In this document: piece by piece, positions 27,319-32,000 of the stretch
Layout: every line of letters starts with the position of its first letter
Numbering within the stretch: the first letter of the stretch is position 1
DNA from: Euryarchaeota archaeon UBA186
Lineage (GTDB): Archaea > Thermoplasmatota > UBA186
Assembly (NCBI GenBank): GCA_002494765.1
Contig: DACJ01000105.1
Coordinates: forward strand, 4,157-36,156
Length of the DNA stretch: 32,000 nt
Direction of reading: 5' to 3'
The notes under the pieces: model-generated
Databases searched by the model: none
Told to the model about the DNA's origin: nothing
The model's input: the letters and a program-made list of their open reading frames with translations, nothing else
Position numbers and translations under genes: made by a program

Positions 27319-27894
27319 GTGAGGAGGAAGAACATGACCATATTCTTCATTGATATCAGGGGTTTTACCACTATCAGCGAAAAGGTAGAGCCCGAGGAAC
27401 TTTTGGACATGTTAAACAACTACTTTTCCGAGGTCACCAAGATAATATTTGACTACGGCGGAACCGTGGGGAAGTTTATGGGAGATGGGATCATGGGTTT
27501 CTTTGGGGATCCCGAGGAATGTCCTGATCATGCTCAAAAGGCGGTAACGATGGCATTAGAGATACAAAAGAGAATAAATAAATTGAATGGGGAAGGTTTT
27601 TTCTGGGGTGAGTTCCCACTTTCCGTTGGGATTGGGATAAACACCGGCTATGTTACTGTGGGATCCATCGGTCCAGAGAATCACCAGGACTATACTGTAA
27701 TCGGAAGGCATGTGAATCTGGCCGCACGCTTAGAAAGCACTGCAAAGCCAGGGCAGATATTGATAAGTCAAAGAACCTATAAACAGGTCAAGAATACAAT
27801 TGAGGCAGAGAAGATTGGAGAGATCGAGGAGATCGGAGAGATAGCTGTGAAGGGATTTGAAAAGCCGGTGAAAGTATATAATGTGGTATACTAG
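27319..27894 (+). CDS. Minimal class III nucleotidyl cyclase (cyclase-homology domain only, ~190 aa)
   Basis: Metal Asp residues in FFIDIRGFT and KFMGDGIMG. Substrate-position residues are Lys52 and Thr126. Transition-state Asn133 and Arg137 lie in HVNLAARLES. No sensor or regulatory domain. An ATG at 27334 preceded by GGTGAGGAGG is a possible alternative start. Stop TAG. Confidence 0.85.
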   Translation: MRRKNMTIFFIDIRGFTTISEKVEPEELLDMLNNYFSEVTKIIFDYGGTVGKFMGDGIMGFFGDPEECPDHAQKAVTMALEIQKRINKLNGEGFFWGEFPLSVGIGINTGYVTVGSIGPENHQDYTVIGRHVNLAARLESTAKPGQILISQRTYKQVKNTIEAEKIGEIEEIGEIAVKGFEKPVKVYNVVY

Positions 27895-27929
27895 GTTCCC
27901 GATTAAAATAAAGGAGATATATCGAAAAA

Positions 27930-28673
27930 ATGGAGATAAAGGTTCTTGGCTGCCGTGAGACTACCAGCTTTTTACTAAATGAGTCTCTCCTTTTAGATGC
28001 GGGATATGTCATCGATGTGCTAAAGATTGAGGAGCAGGATAAAATTAAACATATTTTACTTACTCACTCCCACCTCGACCATATTCGGGATATCCCTATG
28101 TTAATAGATAACACTATAGAAGGTAGGTCCGACCCCATAAACCTTATTGGCACTGAGAGAACACTTACCCAAATTAGGTCCCATTTGTTCAATGATAGCA
28201 TTTGGCCAGATCTTGTCAGGCTTAGCGGTAAGAATTTCTCTTTTTTGAGGTTTAAATCCATAAAGTCTGGCAGGGATTTTTCCCTTAATGAGTTAACCAT
28301 CAGGGCTATCGAGGTCAGCCACACTGTAGAAACCGTGGGCTACTTTATTACGGATAATAACGCCTCAATTTTGTATATCGGTGATACTGGACCGACTGAA
28401 AAGATATGGAGGGAAGCAAATAAGTTTCAGGAATTAAAAGCTATTTTTATTGAAACAGCTTTTCCCAATCGGCTACTAGATTTTGCTAACAATAGCGGCC
28501 ATTTAGTCCCTCTAACTTTAAAGAGCGAACTGCAGAAATTAAATGACTCCCATATCCCTATTTTTATCTTTCATTTGAAGCCACGCTATTCAGAAACGAT
28601 AAAAGAGGAGATAGAGGCAATTGGGAACACAAATATCACTATTTTGCAATCGGAAGACAGTTTTGAGTTTTAA
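27930..28673 (+). CDS. Metallo-beta-lactamase-fold phosphodiesterase resembling class II 3',5'-cyclic-nucleotide phosphodiesterases (CpdP/PDE1 type)
   Basis: LLTHSHLDHIRDIP nearly matches the class II PDE signature HxHLDH[LIVM]. Also IWPDL, EVSHTV, YIGDTGPT, ETAFPN and GHL. Starts 36 nt after the cyclase stop. Confidence 0.7.
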   Translation: MEIKVLGCRETTSFLLNESLLLDAGYVIDVLKIEEQDKIKHILLTHSHLDHIRDIPMLIDNTIEGRSDPINLIGTERTLTQIRSHLFNDSIWPDLVRLSGKNFSFLRFKSIKSGRDFSLNELTIRAIEVSHTVETVGYFITDNNASILYIGDTGPTEKIWREANKFQELKAIFIETAFPNRLLDFANNSGHLVPLTLKSELQKLNDSHIPIFIFHLKPRYSETIKEEIEAIGNTNITILQSEDSFEF

Positions 28674-28887
28674 CTTAACCTAACTTTGGCAAACAGTAGA
28701 ATACCTACAAAAAGCACTTCAAAAGCCGTCTTTGACAGTTTCAACAACTCATTGCAGGCGACCGCATTAGCTTGTTTGATTGATCTGGGTTTAGCGGCTA
28801 AGTTGCGCAGTTCAATAGTTAGGCTTTTCAAAGTAGTTTGGATATAAACGAGTTATGCAATGCTGTACCTAATGAAAGGATGGTAGA

Positions 28888-28959
28888 GTGAGAAGAAAAC
28901 TTGAAGTATATTTAGATACTTCCGTAATTTCGGCATCAGGTTGTTCGATCCGTACCTGA
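28888..28959 (+). pseudogene. Possible N-terminal fragment of a PIN-domain (VapC-like) toxin gene
   Basis: GTG-initiated 23 codons VRRKLEVYLDTSVISASGCSIRT*. The (K)xxVYLDTSVI start with the first acidic residue is typical of PIN-domain N-termini, and the rest of the domain is missing. Very short, so weak. Confidence 0.25.
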
Positions 28960-28978
28960 GCTGTGCGACGTACTAACA

Positions 28979-31942
28979 ATGAACAAAAAATCTACAGTTA
29001 GAACATTCCATGCTCTCGCCAAGGCAGACCTCCAAGAGGTCTATGAACAGAGTAAACAAGAAGTCCTCCGCGAGTATGGTTTCCAAATCGAATTAGGGAA
29101 AGCCAATAGCATTGAGAGTCTTGAGGCACTCGTTTTCGAGGAAGGGTCAGGGCCCGATCGGTGGACAGAGAAGGAACTCTTGGAGATCTCCAATCTATTT
29201 CGTCTCCTCAGCTCTCAAGAAAACGAGGTGCGACTCTATAAAGAATCTCAGAATGAGTTTTTCCGAAATATTCCGAGAGCGCGAGAGTTCTATATCCTTG
29301 CCCTCAATAAAGTCAACAGACCAACGGATGCCATCGAGGAGTGTAGAAAACTCATTGCTGAAGGGGGCGAGAATAGTCTCGTATGGGGAGCATTGGGAGA
29401 TGGCTACACCATCCGAATGATGAGTGTAGAACAATTTGCCCAGGCACTGGAAGAGGCGGAAGGAGATATCAACAGAGCTGATAGTAAAAGCAAGGTGCAA
29501 TTCCAGAAGCATTTTCCTGAAATTGATATGAAGACCGTAACTCTCAATCAGCTCCACAACCTGCGAAAGCTCACCTTAGAAAAAGCCAAGCAGATCTACC
29601 GCCAAGGGTTTCACAGTAATGGGGCCTCCTTCCCAGGACTCGGCTGGATAATGCGAACGATCGAACAAAGGATAGATCTGCTCGCTGAGAAGGCATGTCT
29701 CATGGACAGGCAAAGGCAAAGAGTATTGTTTGAACAGGAAGTGGCAAGCCTAAGGCAGGTAGAAGAACAGATCAGGAGGCTCGAACAGGAGATTGAAAGT
29801 CAACTGATCCTCATAAAGATTGCACTCGAAATGGAAGGGGGCATCGAGTCCCTTGACTACTGGACCCATGCCGGAGAACTCCAACTTGCCTTCAGTCAAG
29901 TCAAAAGTATAACAAAGATTCAGCCGATTCTTGCAAAGGTCTTTGCCACTGTAGACACCGAGTTTAAGCTTGTTATTACCACAAACCGCCTTGAGAGAAT
30001 CAGAAATCAGTACGTAAAGGAACTTGAGATTAAACGGACTCAAGGTGAAAAGACCGAGGAACTCAAATGTAGCCTCGAGATAATGAATGCTGTCCTTGCT
30101 GAACTCAACGCAGGGAGAAGGCGTTTCATAGCGGGAGGAAAAACGCAAGGCAAGGCACTGAATGAGCGATACAGAGTGCTCGCAGAGGCCAAACCAAAGG
30201 ATCCAGAAGGGATGTTCCTCAAGAAGACCATCAACTTCCACACACTGACCAGTAATCTCGTTCCTCAGTACATTCCGGGAGGCGTTGGCCGGACAGGGTC
30301 GCGGGTGCCCGATTTGACGATCAACAGGCATGTGCAGGAGGATATCCATAACATCGTCGAAGAGAAGGTCATCAAGGCATTAAAACTAGGAGAGCAGAAT
30401 CGACCAAAGGCCGTGATCGCATTGATTCAAAAACTCGTCGGAGAGGGGTTGAGTGTCGGAGAACTTCAGGACCTCCAATCTCCTGCTCATCACGAATTCA
30501 GTATACGCTCCGATGGGCTGATCGCCCTTTCTGGCATAGACTGGGATATGCGAAAAGGAACGCGGTCAATCACCGATCTGACGGCATCTCTACTTATGCG
30601 AACCGGGGACTGCAGAGAGACCATGTACCTGAATGGTGCCCTCTTTGCCTACTATCAACAGACGCAGGTTCATAGGAAGATGAGAGAAGCGATAGGGTGC
30701 CTGGATCACGGAGACCAGAAAAGATTCCACCGGATTACTTCAGAGGAGATTCCTGAACTCATACGCTATCAGCTCCGTGGAGGACACGTCTCAGTGTATG
30801 TGGATTCGATCAGCATGAAGGAGAAGTACCATGCCGATCGGATCTCAAGAAAAGATCCGACTGCCATGCAAAGAACATACGGCCTCGAGGAATTCCGGTC
30901 AGATCAGCCGCTGACCCAGTACGAACTCGAGAATGCCAAAATTCGAGTGACCTACAAAGATGATACAATAACCCTGGTTGAGCCAAAAGACCCCGCAATT
31001 GGAAAATGGCGTCCGATTGAATATACCCCAGTCAAGGGGGGTGGTGGAATACCCAAGATTCCAGACACAGGGCCGAATGGAGAAAATATCGCATCGATCC
31101 AACTGCTGAACTTAGTTGAAGAACATACCATGTCCTTTCTATACGATGGTAAAACAGAGAAGGTAGAGTTCTGTGATGGTTTCTACAATGAAACTTTTTT
31201 TGACAGCCCATATCAGTTTGGCTCGGGAACACTCGATACAAGCGATCTTGTTGATAATTATGGGCTTATACACACCGGAAAGAGAGAGCTGATCGGTCCG
31301 GACGGCAAAAGACATACTCGTCCAGTATTCATTGAGTTCCTCCCTTATTCAACAACAGATTACCAGTATTCGCTGGGAGAAGGAGATATACCAACCTCCT
31401 TCCAGTTAATGGGAAGGAGATTTGATGGAAGGCTTACACAAGAGCGCAGGCAACTCGAGGAAGGAGACTTCTGCATCCCTGTCTTCTTAGAGAAGGTATA
31501 TGCGTGGGAGGTGCAACAGCGGGAAGCCGTCGCAGGGCAGCCGAAGTCCATCGATCAGAAATTTACGAATGTGATGATAAAATTAGCCAGAGATCATCCA
31601 GAACTCGTCCAATTACAGGAAGTCAAGCATGAAAAGAACCTTATTAATCAGGGCCAGAAAAGCGATAGTGTCTATCTCGTCTTGAGCGGGTCTCTCCACG
31701 TGTATAAAGACGGCAAACCCCTCATGAGGGATAAAGGACCAATAACAGTTAAAACAGGTGGCATTGTGGGGGAAATTTCTGCCCTCAAAGGTGGACTTCC
31801 CACAGCGAGTGTTGCGGGAAATGCTGTTGTCCTTCGCATTTCGAAGAAAGAATTTCAGAGGCAATTAGACATCAATAGAACGTTTCGAGAGGGTGTGGAG
31901 GAACTCGCCAATACTCGATTCAAAGAACTACACTGCAAGTAA
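28979..31942 (+). CDS. 987-aa uncharacterised multidomain protein with C-terminal cyclic-nucleotide-binding domain (candidate cNMP-gated effector)
   Basis: Long uninterrupted ORF with an ATG start. By eye: aa ~95-235 helical TPR-like region; aa ~236-375 coiled coil (EQEVASLRQVEEQIRRLEQEIESQ); aa ~528-632 putative transglutaminase-like Cys545/His603/Asp626 core. aa ~862-980 is a cNMP-binding beta-barrel (NLINQGQKSDSVYLVLSGSLHVY..GGIVGEISALKGGLPTASVAGNAVVLRISKKEFQRQL). I do not recognise the overall architecture. Confidence 0.9.
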   Translation: MNKKSTVRTFHALAKADLQEVYEQSKQEVLREYGFQIELGKANSIESLEALVFEEGSGPDRWTEKELLEISNLFRLLSSQENEVRLYKESQNEFFRNIPRAREFYILALNKVNRPTDAIEECRKLIAEGGENSLVWGALGDGYTIRMMSVEQFAQALEEAEGDINRADSKSKVQFQKHFPEIDMKTVTLNQLHNLRKLTLEKAKQIYRQGFHSNGASFPGLGWIMRTIEQRIDLLAEKACLMDRQRQRVLFEQEVASLRQVEEQIRRLEQEIESQLILIKIALEMEGGIESLDYWTHAGELQLAFSQVKSITKIQPILAKVFATVDTEFKLVITTNRLERIRNQYVKELEIKRTQGEKTEELKCSLEIMNAVLAELNAGRRRFIAGGKTQGKALNERYRVLAEAKPKDPEGMFLKKTINFHTLTSNLVPQYIPGGVGRTGSRVPDLTINRHVQEDIHNIVEEKVIKALKLGEQNRPKAVIALIQKLVGEGLSVGELQDLQSPAHHEFSIRSDGLIALSGIDWDMRKGTRSITDLTASLLMRTGDCRETMYLNGALFAYYQQTQVHRKMREAIGCLDHGDQKRFHRITSEEIPELIRYQLRGGHVSVYVDSISMKEKYHADRISRKDPTAMQRTYGLEEFRSDQPLTQYELENAKIRVTYKDDTITLVEPKDPAIGKWRPIEYTPVKGGGGIPKIPDTGPNGENIASIQLLNLVEEHTMSFLYDGKTEKVEFCDGFYNETFFDSPYQFGSGTLDTSDLVDNYGLIHTGKRELIGPDGKRHTRPVFIEFLPYSTTDYQYSLGEGDIPTSFQLMGRRFDGRLTQERRQLEEGDFCIPVFLEKVYAWEVQQREAVAGQPKSIDQKFTNVMIKLARDHPELVQLQEVKHEKNLINQGQKSDSVYLVLSGSLHVYKDGKPLMRDKGPITVKTGGIVGEISALKGGLPTASVAGNAVVLRISKKEFQRQLDINRTFREGVEELANTRFKELHCK

Positions 31943-32000
31943 AGGAATAGTTTACATAAGTTTAATAAATTCAGATAATTGCAATAGAGACTAACAGAAA

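Noticed and set aside
27814-27843. IGEIEEIGEI mini-duplication in the cyclase C-terminus (ATTGGAGAGATC / ATCGGAGAGATA)
   Set aside because: It is a short imperfect in-frame duplication in a variable region. It is probably slippage without functional meaning, and is mentioned only under the cyclase finding.
30131-30154. Walker-A-like string GGKTQGKA in the 987-aa protein
   Set aside because: It lacks the Ser/Thr after GK and has no preceding beta-strand or downstream Walker B context. It lies at the end of the coiled-coil region, so it is likely fortuitous.
29750-30349. 199-aa minus-strand ORF inside the 987-aa gene
   Set aside because: It lies antisense to a 2.9-kb uninterrupted ORF that carries a recognisable CNB domain. 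There is no motif or start context, so it is most likely a frame shadow.
27319-31942. Calling the cluster a canonical Pycsar system
   Set aside because: The cyclase base-selecting pair (Lys/Thr) looks purine-type. The putative effector has no TIR or TM module. A PDE is embedded in the cluster, and the CNB cassette is atypical. It is therefore reported as a Pycsar-like or novel module rather than assigned to the known system.
1-32000. Genome-wide reassignment of TAG to a sense codon as explanation for the two in-frame TAGs
   Set aside because: TAG is the most frequent stop in this window. It ends pan, mbf1, tsaC, xpf, folC, nadE, rfcS, the sulfatase-like gene, rpl40e, panB, the cyclase and others, at C-termini that look complete. 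Only local or conditional recoding or pseudogenisation remain plausible.
1-32000. CRISPR arrays, rRNA genes, intact IS elements, transposases or integrases
   Set aside because: I saw no regularly spaced repeats, no rRNA-like sequence and no ORF with transposase or integrase motifs. The only mobile-element hints are the 26-nt duplication at 6896/7301 and the gene fragments described in the findings.

Overview
Archaeal chromosome fragment, gene-dense on both strands. All homology calls are motif recognition by eye; no searches or computations were run.

**Core region (1-27.2 kb).** This is largely ordinary core genome:
- LeuA-family synthase (5' part), an ABC-2 exporter pair, a PH-domain membrane protein and a rhodanese.
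- Proteasome-activating nucleotidase (PAN), then an overlapping aMBF1-TsaC-MetAP2 operon.
- tRNA-Ala(GGC), a short-form XPF nuclease and a DUF2085 protein.
- Two translationally coupled acyl-CoA synthetase paralogues, RtcB, a FolC-like ligase, NadE and the RFC small subunit.
- An alkyl-sulfatase-like MBL hydrolase, AspRS, a PAP2 phosphatase and a TtuA/NcsA-like tRNA thiolase.
- Ribosomal protein L40e (missed by the ORF track), a decayed Na+/solute symporter remnant, a class-III aminotransferase, a secreted C11 peptidase and PanB.

The gene set (PAN, aMBF1, L40e, RFC, short XPF) says Archaea, possibly TACK/Thermoproteota-like. That lineage call is inference only.

**Main finding: right end (27.2-32.0 kb).** This segment is visibly more AT-rich in its first ~1.8 kb and opens with a 62-nt nested hairpin. 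It carries a three-gene cyclic-nucleotide module:
- a domain-minimal class III nucleotidyl cyclase;
- a class-II-PDE-like metallo-beta-lactamase;
- a 987-aa protein of unrecognised architecture, with a helical TPR/ASK1-like N-region, a coiled coil and a putative transglutaminase-like Cys-His-Asp core. It ends in a cNMP-binding domain whose phosphate-binding cassette lacks the canonical Arg.

I read this as a candidate undescribed cNMP-gated effector system, either a Pycsar-like defence or a novel archaeal second-messenger circuit.

**Other findings.**
- Both acyl-CoA synthetase genes carry exactly one in-frame TAG and are otherwise intact. TAG is also the commonest genuine stop codon in this window.
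- A 26-nt duplication of the PAN translation-initiation region brackets a 405-bp segment holding a 50-codon DUF2080-like ORF.
- The LeuA-family gene is preceded by a probably leaderless Leu/Val/Ile-rich uORF followed by an oligo-T tract.
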